A stretch of DNA of 64,000 nt from an uncultured Clostridia bacterium. Its GTDB lineage: Bacteria; Bacillota; Clostridia; TANB77; CAG-508. Below the pieces are notes generated by a model. It searched no databases and was not told the DNA's origin. It worked only from the letters and a program-made list of their open reading frames with translations. Numbering within the stretch: position 1 is the first letter of the stretch; each line of letters starts with the position of its first letter. Both the position numbers and the translations under genes were made by a program. The stretch lies in assembly GCA_947626885.1 (NCBI GenBank), contig CANQTX010000001.1, positions 30,741 to 94,740 of the forward strand, given 5' to 3'. This document shows positions 47,488 to 55,708 of the stretch, piece by piece.

Positions 47488-48173
47488 TATTTTTCCTCCG
47501 CTTTTAGTAATGCTATCGCTTCTTTTTGTTTAACTTCATATTCTTTCTGTGTAATTTGTTTTGTGCGCAATAAATAATCTCCTAAGTCTTCCGCTGTTGC
47601 TAAGTTGATAGCTGAAATGTCTTTTTGGGCTAACACCTTTGTTATTGTTAAACCAAGAATTTTCATATCGTTTAAAAAAGTTATATTTTCTATATATGCT
47701 AAATCATATCCCAATTTCTCTTCCCATGATATAGCATTTCTACCATTTATTTGTGCTAGTCCCGTTAACCCTTGTTTCACAGAGTGTCTCTTTTTTTGTT
47801 CTTCTGTCATAAATACCAAATCTTTTACTAACTGCGGTCTTGGTCCTACTAAACTCATATCTCCCTTTAGAACATTCCATAATTCAGGTAATTCATCTAA
47901 ACTCGTACTTCTTAGAAATCTTCCCAACTTTGTTAAACGTAACTCATCCGATAATAATTCTCCATTTTCATCTCTTTCATCTGTCATGGTACGAAACTTA
48001 TATAAAGTAAAAATACGATTATCTTTTCCTGGTCTTTTTTGTTTAAAAAGTATAGGACTACCTAATTTTATTTTAATGAAAATTGCCAATAAGAGATACA
48101 CAGGAGCCAATATCATCATGGTAAAAATACTCATCAAGCAATCTAGTATTCTCTTTCCATATTTTTGATACAT
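47487..48173 (-). CDS. small monotopic undecaprenyl-phosphate sugar-phosphate transferase (PglC/WbaP-C-terminal family; initiating enzyme)
   Basis: 228-aa ORF with a single N-terminal hydrophobic hairpin, and PILFKQKRPGK, YKFRTM and LDELPELWNVLKGDMSLVGPRP motifs. Confidence 0.9.
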   Translation of the reverse strand: MYQKYGKRILDCLMSIFTMMILAPVYLLLAIFIKIKLGSPILFKQKRPGKDNRIFTLYKFRTMTDERDENGELLSDELRLTKLGRFLRSTSLDELPELWNVLKGDMSLVGPRPQLVKDLVFMTEEQKKRHSVKQGLTGLAQINGRNAISWEEKLGYDLAYIENITFLNDMKILGLTITKVLAQKDISAINLATAEDLGDYLLRTKQITQKEYEVKQKEAIALLKAEEK

Positions 48174-48183
48174 AACTCTATCC

Positions 48184-49320
48184 TCATTTATTAAAACATG
48201 TTTTTATGATTTGAATTATTCGCTCCATGTCTTCTTCTGTATTTTTTGTATCTGATGGTAAGCATACACCTCTTGTGAATAAATCTTCGGATACACTTTT
48301 TTCTGTTGCATCATTATGTTGAAAAAAAGCATATGGTTTCATAAGTGGTTGTAAATGCATTGGTTTCCAAACCAATCTTGCTTCTATATTTTCTTTCTCT
48401 AAAGCATTAACTACTTCTAATGGCTTTACTCTTGCTTCTTTTTTAATTGTCATAACAGATAACCAGTAATTTGATTGTACCTCTTTACTTTCTGTTAACA
48501 TCTCGATTTCTGGAAGATCTTCAAAAGCTTTTTGATAGATTTCAAAAATTTTTCTCTTCTGTCTGATTCTCTCTTCTAGCACTTTAAGTTGCCCTCTTCC
48601 GATACCTGCCAATACATTACTCATTCTATAATTATATCCTATTTGTGAATGTTCATAATATGGTGCTGGATCTTTGGCTTGTGTTGACCAAAATCTTACC
48701 TTTTCCAGCATTTCAGTATGATGAGAAATAAGCATACCACCACTTGTGGTCGTGATAATTTTATTACCGTTAAAGGAAAGCGCACCAAGTTCTCCAAAAG
48801 TACCTGTTAATTTTCCTCGATACGTTGTTCCTAAACTTTCTGCAGCATCTTCTAATACTGGCACTTGATGTTGCTTGCAAATTTTCATAATTTCTTCTAA
48901 ATTACCAACCTGACCATATAAATGTACTAAAATAACCGCTTTCGGTTGATATTTTTTAAATGCTTTTTGTAGCGCTATAGGACTCATATTCCAAGTGTCT
49001 GGTTCAGAATCAATCAGTACCGGAATAGCATTTAAATATATAATAGGATTTACACTGGCTACAAAGGTAAGATCTGAAACAAAAACAATATCACCTTTAC
49101 CAACATTAAGTGCTTTTAATCCTAAATGAATTGCTGCAGTTCCACTAGACAATGCTACTGCTGCATTGATATTCATATACTGTTTCATTTCTATTTCTAA
49201 TTGATTGATATTTTCTCCTACAGTAGATAACCAATTGGTTTGAAATGCTTCTTCTATAAATTGTTTCTCATAACCTTCTTTTGACATATGTGGCGATGCT
49301 AAATATATTTTTTTCTTCAT
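48184..49320 (-). CDS. DegT/DnrJ/EryC1-family PLP-dependent sugar aminotransferase (PglE-like)
   Basis: 378-aa ORF with SSGTAAIHLGLKAL and SFNGNKIITT (PLP lysine) motifs and a YNYRMSNVLAGIG block. Confidence 0.9.
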   Translation of the reverse strand: MKKKIYLASPHMSKEGYEKQFIEEAFQTNWLSTVGENINQLEIEMKQYMNINAAVALSSGTAAIHLGLKALNVGKGDIVFVSDLTFVASVNPIIYLNAIPVLIDSEPDTWNMSPIALQKAFKKYQPKAVILVHLYGQVGNLEEIMKICKQHQVPVLEDAAESLGTTYRGKLTGTFGELGALSFNGNKIITTTSGGMLISHHTEMLEKVRFWSTQAKDPAPYYEHSQIGYNYRMSNVLAGIGRGQLKVLEERIRQKRKIFEIYQKAFEDLPEIEMLTESKEVQSNYWLSVMTIKKEARVKPLEVVNALEKENIEARLVWKPMHLQPLMKPYAFFQHNDATEKSVSEDLFTRGVCLPSDTKNTEEDMERIIQIIKTCFNK

Positions 49321-49326
49321 AGATAC

Positions 49327-51207
49327 CTACGATTGTCCTCCTTTTGCATTATATGTAGGGACTACTTGTTTCATTATTTTTTCTAATTCCTGTTTATCAA
49401 CATGTTCTTTTTCTGTTAATTGCTGTAATATGGCTATTTTTTTATCTATATCACTAATACTTATACCAATTGGTTCAGCTATAAAAATTTTTTCATGACT
49501 TGTCTTTTCTAATTCTTCTTCCTGCATGGTTAGTTCTTCATAAAGTTTTTCTCCTGGTCTTAATCCTATTATCTTAATTTCGATATCCTTATTGGGTATT
49601 AATCCAGAAAGTTTAATTAGTGTTTCTGCTAAATCATAAATTTTTACAGGTTTTCCCATGTCTAAAACAAATATTTCTCCACCTTTAGCATAAGTACTTG
49701 CCTGTAAGATTAATCCAATAGCTTCCGGTATTGTCATAAAAAATCTTGTAATATCTTTATGTGTTACAGTAACTGGCCCCCCCTCCAAAATTTGTTGTTT
49801 AAACAATGGAACAACAGAACCATTACTCTCTAGCACATTACCAAATCTAACAGCCACAAATTCCGTTTTACTAATTCTATCTTTTGCTTGTACCATCATT
49901 TCACAAATCCTTTTAGTGGCTCCCATAATACTTGTTGGGTTAACTGCTTTATCTGTTGAAATAAGAACAAAACGTTTTACTTGATATTTATCACAAATAT
50001 TAATTACATGATAAGTACCTAGTACATTATTCTTTATTGCTTCTAATGGACTGTGTTCCATTAATGGAACATGTTTATGTGCTGCAGCATGAAACACTAA
50101 ATAAGGATGATAAGTAGAGAAAATTTCTTCCAAACATTTTTCATCTTTTACACTACCTACAATTGCTTCTATTTTCATCTCTGGGTATTGAGATTTTATT
50201 TCTAATTCAATATGATATAAACTATTTTCATAAATGTCTAACATAATCAATTTTTCAGGTTGGTATTGTACAATTTGCCTACAAAGCTCTGAACCAATAG
50301 AACCGCCACTACCAGTTACTAATATTGTTTTATTTTTAATCAGGTTTTCAATATTATGATTATCTAATGCTATGGTATCTCTTCCTAAAATATCTTCTAT
50401 TTCTACATCTCTTAAATTATCTAACAAATTTTTACCTTTAATAATTTCTTTCATGCCTGGTAAAATTCTGACTTTTGCCTTTGTTTGTTGACAAATATTT
50501 AAGATTTCTTTTTTGTTTTTATTATCAATTCTAGCAATAGAAAAAAATATAACATCTACATTCTGTTTTTCACAAATTTTAATAATATCATTTCTATTTC
50601 CAATAATTTTAACGCCTGCTACAACCAAATTCAGTCTTTTTTTGTTATCATCTATAATACCAACAATATTATATTTTTCTTTTAAATTTGCATTAATTGT
50701 TTTTATAATCTCATGCGCTGCATTTCCTGCACCAATAATAAGTAAATTTTTTCTTTCTGTCTCGTTAATGGTAGGAATTCCTTTATTTACTATATCTGCT
50801 ACTAAAATATATCTTATAATAATTCTATAAGATACCATCATTAAACCAATGAAAATACCCGCTAAAATATTTAACTTTGTAGAAGCAGTTCCTAAGTGAA
50901 ATATGGCATCTAATATGGATACTAATATAGAGGAAATTAAACAAAATATAATGTAACATACATAATCTCTTCCCTCTTCATAACGAATAATATGATGATA
51001 AATTTTTGTTATGCGAAATATAACTTGATATACAACAGCAGATGTTATTGTTGTTATAAACAATCGTTTCACATAATAGGCATTAAAATTGAAAACAGAA
51101 TCTGTTATCAAAACAGTTCCTAAATAATATGCAATAGCAATACAAAAGATGTCCACAATAGATAAAATAAAATTTCGATATCTACTAAGTCTTTTAATAA
51201 TTTCCAA
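49327..51207 (-). CDS. membrane-anchored UDP-N-acetylglucosamine 4,6-dehydratase (CapD/PglF/WbpM family)
   Basis: 626-aa ORF. Four N-terminal TM helices, then an SDR core with VTGSGGSIGSEL, AAAHKHVP and STDKAVNPTSIMGATKR motifs. Confidence 0.9.
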   Translation of the reverse strand: MEIIKRLSRYRNFILSIVDIFCIAIAYYLGTVLITDSVFNFNAYYVKRLFITTITSAVVYQVIFRITKIYHHIIRYEEGRDYVCYIIFCLISSILVSILDAIFHLGTASTKLNILAGIFIGLMMVSYRIIIRYILVADIVNKGIPTINETERKNLLIIGAGNAAHEIIKTINANLKEKYNIVGIIDDNKKRLNLVVAGVKIIGNRNDIIKICEKQNVDVIFFSIARIDNKNKKEILNICQQTKAKVRILPGMKEIIKGKNLLDNLRDVEIEDILGRDTIALDNHNIENLIKNKTILVTGSGGSIGSELCRQIVQYQPEKLIMLDIYENSLYHIELEIKSQYPEMKIEAIVGSVKDEKCLEEIFSTYHPYLVFHAAAHKHVPLMEHSPLEAIKNNVLGTYHVINICDKYQVKRFVLISTDKAVNPTSIMGATKRICEMMVQAKDRISKTEFVAVRFGNVLESNGSVVPLFKQQILEGGPVTVTHKDITRFFMTIPEAIGLILQASTYAKGGEIFVLDMGKPVKIYDLAETLIKLSGLIPNKDIEIKIIGLRPGEKLYEELTMQEEELEKTSHEKIFIAEPIGISISDIDKKIAILQQLTEKEHVDKQELEKIMKQVVPTYNAKGGQS

Positions 51208-51319
51208 TAATAATTCCTCTTTGCTTTTATTTTTATTCTATTTATTTTATCATTATATATCTTTTTTTTCAAGTAAAATTTATGGTCCCATGATAGAATC
51301 TTATCCCATATTTCAATAT

Positions 51320-51353
51320 AAAAAACTTCTATAAAAATTTATAGAAGTTTTTT
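51320..51353 (-). terminator. intrinsic terminator after ChW gene 1
   Basis: Minus strand: aaaaaacttctataaatttttatagaagtttttt, i.e. an aacttctata/tatagaagtt stem followed by a U-run. Confidence 0.75.
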
Positions 51354-51401
51354 ATGATTTCTTTTTAAGTGCAACCTATTTTTAGTAATTTTAATATTTA
51401 T

Positions 51402-53117
51402 TTATCGATAGCGTGCTTCATAAGTCTTTTCAAAGTCTTTTGCTTCTACTTTAATGGCACCATTTTCTGTAAGTTTACTATCATCAACTTTTACACCTGT
51501 TGCTTTGTCATACCAACCATCAAATTGATAGCCATTTTTTGGCTTAGGCGCTTCTACAGTAATGTGTCCTTTTTCATACACCTCAGCTCTATAACAGGTA
51601 TAAATGATATTGGAACCATTTTGATAGGGTTGAGATTTTTCTATGTCCGTCACAAAATAAACTATACATAAACTAGAAGTACCCTTTGGTATAGATTCTC
51701 CACATACAGTACATTTACCTTGTTCATTCCAAGTATGGCCTGCTCCTACTTTATCAATTTCCTGTGTTGTCTGAATTTTTTGACAAATAAGACATTGTTT
51801 TCTTTTAAAACTATTTTTGCAAGGCGTTGCTGCTGTAGGCGCTATATATTGCCATTCATGATTTTTCTTAGGGATTATTTTTGAAGGGATTTCAACGCCA
51901 CAATAGATACATTGCATTGTTTCCGTTCTACCATATGTTTCACAAGTTGCTTCTATGCCATCTTTTTTTCCGACATACTCATGATTTAACATTGGTATTT
52001 CTGTTACATCACTGATATTACCACATCTTGTACAATGTTTTGATTTGCTGCCATTTTCTGTACATGTTGCTTTTTTATCGATGGTATATCCTTCATTTTC
52101 TTGCGTATAAATATGCCCTAAAGCTGGTTTTCCTGCTTCTTCTTTTACAGAATTATCTATTAAACCACACATCGTACAAGCATAAACAATTTTTCCATTT
52201 TCTGTACATGTTGGCTCTATTTCTACTTTTTCATATCGATGTTCTTTTAATTGAGGAACATAACGAAACCATTCCTGTTTACAAACAGTACATTGTGTAA
52301 TATTAGTTCTTCCAAATTTTTGACAAGTAGCCTCTTCATCTGGCAATTGAATAATGGTATGTACACCATTGGCTGGAATTATTTCTGTTTCTACTTTATT
52401 GCAAATAGAACATTTTCTGATTTTTTCACCACTTTCAACACATGTTGCTTGTTTGGTAATTTCCCAGTCACCAAAAATATGTGTTATGTGTTCTGTTGGC
52501 ACTAATACTATTTGAAGTGCTTCCATTCTTTTACCTTGCCATCTAGTACCAGCAAAATTTCCATCCGTTGGTTCTTCTGTTGTTACCATAGAGAAATCTC
52601 CTGCTTTCACCCAATTCATCCAGCCATATCCTTGCGAATGAGCACGATACCATAATTCATATCCATTAAGGCCTTCCACTGCAATTTGAAAAGCTTCCAT
52701 TCTCTTGGATTGATACATGGTACCAGCATAAGTACCTTCTGCTGGTTCTCCTGAAACTTGAACTTTTTGAGCATCTACCCAGTCCATCCATCCTTCTTTT
52801 TGAACATGAGCGCGATATTTTAATGTTATACCTTCTGGAACAACAATTTGAAGAGCCTCCATTCTTTTGGCTTGCCATCTTGTTCCAACAAACATTGCAT
52901 CCGCTGGTTCTTTTTCTGTTAGAGTCTCACTACTTTGTGTATTAATCCAATTCATCCAACCTTCTTTTTGAACGTGAGCACGACAAGTGATTTGTGGTTT
53001 ACTTATGACATCTTCACTAGCATATACCATTACTGGTAACATAATAGAAAACATCATAATAGTAATTAATCCTAGAATAAAACCGTGTAAACTTTTTTTG
53101 CAAAAATTTAACTCCAT
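51402..53117 (-). CDS. secreted protein: signal peptide, 3 ChW repeats, about 6 four-Cys modules, C-terminal Listeria-Bacteroides-type repeat
   Basis: 571-aa ORF with signal peptide ...MLPVMVYASED. ChW consensus YRAHVQKEGWMNW...GTRWQAKRMEALQI occurs three times. CX4GX5-6CX2C modules follow. The tail contains NGYQFDGWYD. Confidence 0.9.
   Translation of the reverse strand: MELNFCKKSLHGFILGLITIMMFSIMLPVMVYASEDVISKPQITCRAHVQKEGWMNWINTQSSETLTEKEPADAMFVGTRWQAKRMEALQIVVPEGITLKYRAHVQKEGWMDWVDAQKVQVSGEPAEGTYAGTMYQSKRMEAFQIAVEGLNGYELWYRAHSQGYGWMNWVKAGDFSMVTTEEPTDGNFAGTRWQGKRMEALQIVLVPTEHITHIFGDWEITKQATCVESGEKIRKCSICNKVETEIIPANGVHTIIQLPDEEATCQKFGRTNITQCTVCKQEWFRYVPQLKEHRYEKVEIEPTCTENGKIVYACTMCGLIDNSVKEEAGKPALGHIYTQENEGYTIDKKATCTENGSKSKHCTRCGNISDVTEIPMLNHEYVGKKDGIEATCETYGRTETMQCIYCGVEIPSKIIPKKNHEWQYIAPTAATPCKNSFKRKQCLICQKIQTTQEIDKVGAGHTWNEQGKCTVCGESIPKGTSSLCIVYFVTDIEKSQPYQNGSNIIYTCYRAEVYEKGHITVEAPKPKNGYQFDGWYDKATGVKVDDSKLTENGAIKVEAKDFEKTYEARYR
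52500..52991 (-). repeat. coding region for the triple ChW repeat of gene 1 (residues about 43-206)
   Basis: Three tandem 51-59-aa units, each with YRAH-x-Q...GW-x-W...(A/V)GT-x4-KR-x-EA-x-QI. Confidence 0.85.
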
Positions 53118-53181
53118 GCCTTTTCCTCCTTTGCATATCTTATCTTATACTTTAAGTCTTTTCAAACCCTCTTACATTATC

Positions 53182-53210
53182 AGTATAGCACGTTTTAGCA
53201 CTATAAGCAA
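53182..53210 (-). promoter_or_regulatory. sigma-A promoter of ChW gene 1 (extended -10)
   Basis: Minus strand reads TTGCTT - 17 nt (ending TGC) - TATACT. It is homologous to the promoter of ChW gene 2. Confidence 0.6.
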
Positions 53211-53276
53211 TGCATTCTACAATCTAATTCAGCATAAAACTTCAAACATGAAAAAAACTTTTATTATCTTAATTTT

Positions 53277-53310
53277 AAAAATTCCAGTGATTTCTTTCAC
53301 TGGAATTTTT
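53277..53310 (-). terminator. intrinsic terminator after ChW gene 2
   Basis: 10-bp perfect stem attccagtga/tcactggaat with a 6-nt loop, followed by a U-run on the minus strand. Confidence 0.75.
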
Positions 53311-53331
53311 ATACTTTTTTATTATACTCGA

Positions 53332-55479
53332 TTATTCTACTATTATATTCATTTTTACTTTTGCTTGTTCTAAAGCTTGTTGTACTGCTTCTGTATCTTC
53401 TAAGTCAGCAATAGTTAGTACACCTTCTGCAAAGGCATTGACTAAATCTGATGCACTTGCTGGATGCGCTTTTAATAAGTCATTCCAATAATTCTGTAAA
53501 TCGCTAATAGCATCCTTTTTTGCATTAAATACCGTTTCAACATCTTCCAATGCCTTCATTGCTGCATCAGTAGCTTCTTCTACTTCTTCTTTAGTTTCTG
53601 CTGCAGTAATTGTCGCATCAACAGTTGTTTTTATTTCATCTATTTTTTTATTAGTAGCATTTTTTAGTGGGTCTGACCCTGCCTTGTCTGTTTTTTCCTT
53701 TAGTGCTGTAACGTTTTCGTTTATTTCATTTTTCGCATTATCTTTAATATCAGGTAACACTACTTTATCCATTTTTTCTTTTGCTTCTTTTACTACTGTT
53801 TCTACTTCTTCTGGTGTTGCTGCTTTATTGATTGCATCTATTGCATCTGACAAGATTGGTCCAAACTGTTGTAATTTGTCTTCTCCATCTTTGTTAGGAT
53901 ATTGTTCTTGAAGGTCAAGCCAATACACTTGTATTTCATCTGATCCTGCTTTTTGCATATCAAATATAGCTTTTGCCTGTTCCATAGTTTCTGTTGCTTT
54001 CTTTACTGCTACTTCTATTTCCTCTGGTGTTGTTGCTTCATTAAGTACTTTCTCTGCTTCTGCTTTTGCTGCTTCTATTTTTTCTTTTAATGATGTTTGT
54101 AGAGGTGTATTTTTATTATCTTCATCTTGAATTCTACTGTCTTTTTTTATACTATCATACGTATCTTTTAAAGTAGCTGTTCCTAGTTCTTTTGCTTCAG
54201 AAAAAATTTGCTCATCAGATTTAATAGCTTCAAGTGCAGCATTTGCATCTGCTAGTGTTTGCTCTACTACTTCTATTGTTTCTGCATTTTCAATAGCATC
54301 ACACCATGAATTTAACATTTCTTCTAATGCATCAAAATCAAATGTTCCGCTATTTACTTTTTGAATCCATGCATCTTGAAATTTATTAATGGCATTGCTC
54401 TTGGCTTCTCTTAAAGCTTTCTCTGCTGCTTCTCTTTCTGCTATTTCAGTATCTGTTTCAATAGCATCCATTGCTACTTTAGCATCTTCGATTACTTTTG
54501 CTACTTCTTCTGGTGTTGTTGCTTTATCAAGTGCATCTAATGCATTAACTAATTCTGCTTCTAATGCATCACCATTTTTTTCGCATTGTGGCATTAATTC
54601 ATTAATATAATTCACTAAATCTTCCATTGCTTGATTTTTTACATCTATTAACACTTTCGTGTTATTTGGAATTGCATCTACTTTTGCTTTTGCTGCTTCT
54701 AATGCAGATTGAACATCTTCAAAAGAAGTAGCATCTTTGATAATTTTCTCTCCTTCAGTAATAGCGTTATTATAAGCTTCCGCACTGAAAGAATAGTCCT
54801 CTGGATTATGATATCCATTTAATGTTTCAATTGCTTTTTGTTTTGCTTCATCTAAAAGATTCACTAAAACAATTTGAAAAGCTTCCATTCTTTTTGATTG
54901 ATACATGGTGCCGGCATAAGTACCTTCTGCTGGCTCTCCATTTCCGATGGTAGCTACATCAATTGCTTTTACCCAGTCCATCCATCCTTCTTTCTGAACA
55001 TGAGCACGGTATCTTAACTCATAACCTTCTGGAATACCTTCAACAGCAATTTGAAGTGCCTCCATTCTCTTAGCTTGATACATAGTACCAGCGTAAGTAC
55101 CTTCTGTTGGTTCCCCTGAAACTTGATTTTTTTGAGCGTCTACCCAGTCCATCCATCCTTCTTTTTGAACATGAGCACGATATTTTAATGTTATACCTTC
55201 TGGAACAACAATTTGAAGTGCTTCCATTCTTTTGGCTTGCCATCTTGTTCCAACAAACATTCCATCCGCTGGTTCTTTTACTAGCGCTTCATTACTTCCT
55301 GTCTCAACCCAATTCATCCATCCTTCTTTTTGAACATGAGCGCGACAAGTGATTTGTGGTTTACTTATGACATCTTCATTAGCATATACCATTACTGGTG
55401 ACATAATAGAAAATATCACAGCAACTATTAATCCTACTATAAACACATGTAAACCTTTCTTATAAAAATTTAATTCCAT
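53332..55479 (-). CDS. secreted protein: signal peptide, 3 ChW repeats, long array of alpha-helical repeat modules
   Basis: 715-aa ORF. The N-terminal 146 aa are nearly identical to gene 1. About 500 aa of Ala/Glu/Lys-rich helical repeats follow, with a recurring A-T-T-P-E-E-V-x2-V-x3-K-x2-M motif. Confidence 0.9.
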   Translation of the reverse strand: MELNFYKKGLHVFIVGLIVAVIFSIMSPVMVYANEDVISKPQITCRAHVQKEGWMNWVETGSNEALVKEPADGMFVGTRWQAKRMEALQIVVPEGITLKYRAHVQKEGWMDWVDAQKNQVSGEPTEGTYAGTMYQAKRMEALQIAVEGIPEGYELRYRAHVQKEGWMDWVKAIDVATIGNGEPAEGTYAGTMYQSKRMEAFQIVLVNLLDEAKQKAIETLNGYHNPEDYSFSAEAYNNAITEGEKIIKDATSFEDVQSALEAAKAKVDAIPNNTKVLIDVKNQAMEDLVNYINELMPQCEKNGDALEAELVNALDALDKATTPEEVAKVIEDAKVAMDAIETDTEIAEREAAEKALREAKSNAINKFQDAWIQKVNSGTFDFDALEEMLNSWCDAIENAETIEVVEQTLADANAALEAIKSDEQIFSEAKELGTATLKDTYDSIKKDSRIQDEDNKNTPLQTSLKEKIEAAKAEAEKVLNEATTPEEIEVAVKKATETMEQAKAIFDMQKAGSDEIQVYWLDLQEQYPNKDGEDKLQQFGPILSDAIDAINKAATPEEVETVVKEAKEKMDKVVLPDIKDNAKNEINENVTALKEKTDKAGSDPLKNATNKKIDEIKTTVDATITAAETKEEVEEATDAAMKALEDVETVFNAKKDAISDLQNYWNDLLKAHPASASDLVNAFAEGVLTIADLEDTEAVQQALEQAKVKMNIIVE
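54862..55353 (-). repeat. coding region for the triple ChW repeat of gene 2 (residues about 43-206)
   Basis: Three tandem units with the YRAHVQKEGWM-x-W core. Confidence 0.85.
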
Positions 55480-55545
55480 GCATTTTTCCTCCTTTGCATA
55501 TTTAATCTTATACTTTTAAGTTTTTTCAAACTTTCTTACATTACC

Positions 55546-55574
55546 AGTATAGCACGTTTTTATATCGTAGGCAA
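55546..55574 (-). promoter_or_regulatory. sigma-A promoter of ChW gene 2 (extended -10)
   Basis: Minus strand reads TTGCCT - 17 nt (ending TGC) - TATACT. Confidence 0.6.
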
Positions 55575-55657
55575 TGTATTTTTCAATCTAATTTAGCATA
55601 AGTCATGCTATTGAGAAGGAAAATATAAGAAACTTTTATATGTTTTGTCATTTATGC

Positions 55658-55690
55658 AAAAAAATACCAGTGAAATCACTGGTATTTTTT
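55658..55690 (-). terminator. intrinsic terminator after ChW gene 3
   Basis: Stem taccagtg/cactggta with a 4-nt loop, flanked by an A-run and a U-run. Confidence 0.75.
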
Positions 55691-55708
55691 CTATACTATA
55701 CTATTTTA

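Noticed and set aside
47605-48168. 187-aa plus-strand ORF (with similar long plus-strand ORFs at 7855-8364, 62467-63018, 52987-53373, 50513-50830, 9898-10212 and others)
   Set aside because: All lie antisense to well-supported minus-strand genes with clear family motifs. Their products are low-complexity Phe/Ser/Ile/Leu-rich strings with no SD or motif. These are shadow ORFs, as expected in AT-rich DNA with few stop codons on the antisense frame.
51208-51319. Promoter for the CapD/PglF-like gene (TATAAT box in gatatataatgat)
   Set aside because: A good -10 hexamer is present, but I could not find an acceptable -35 element at 16-18 nt spacing. The only TTGAAA has 15-nt spacing to a weaker TATCAT. 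It is not reported as a feature.
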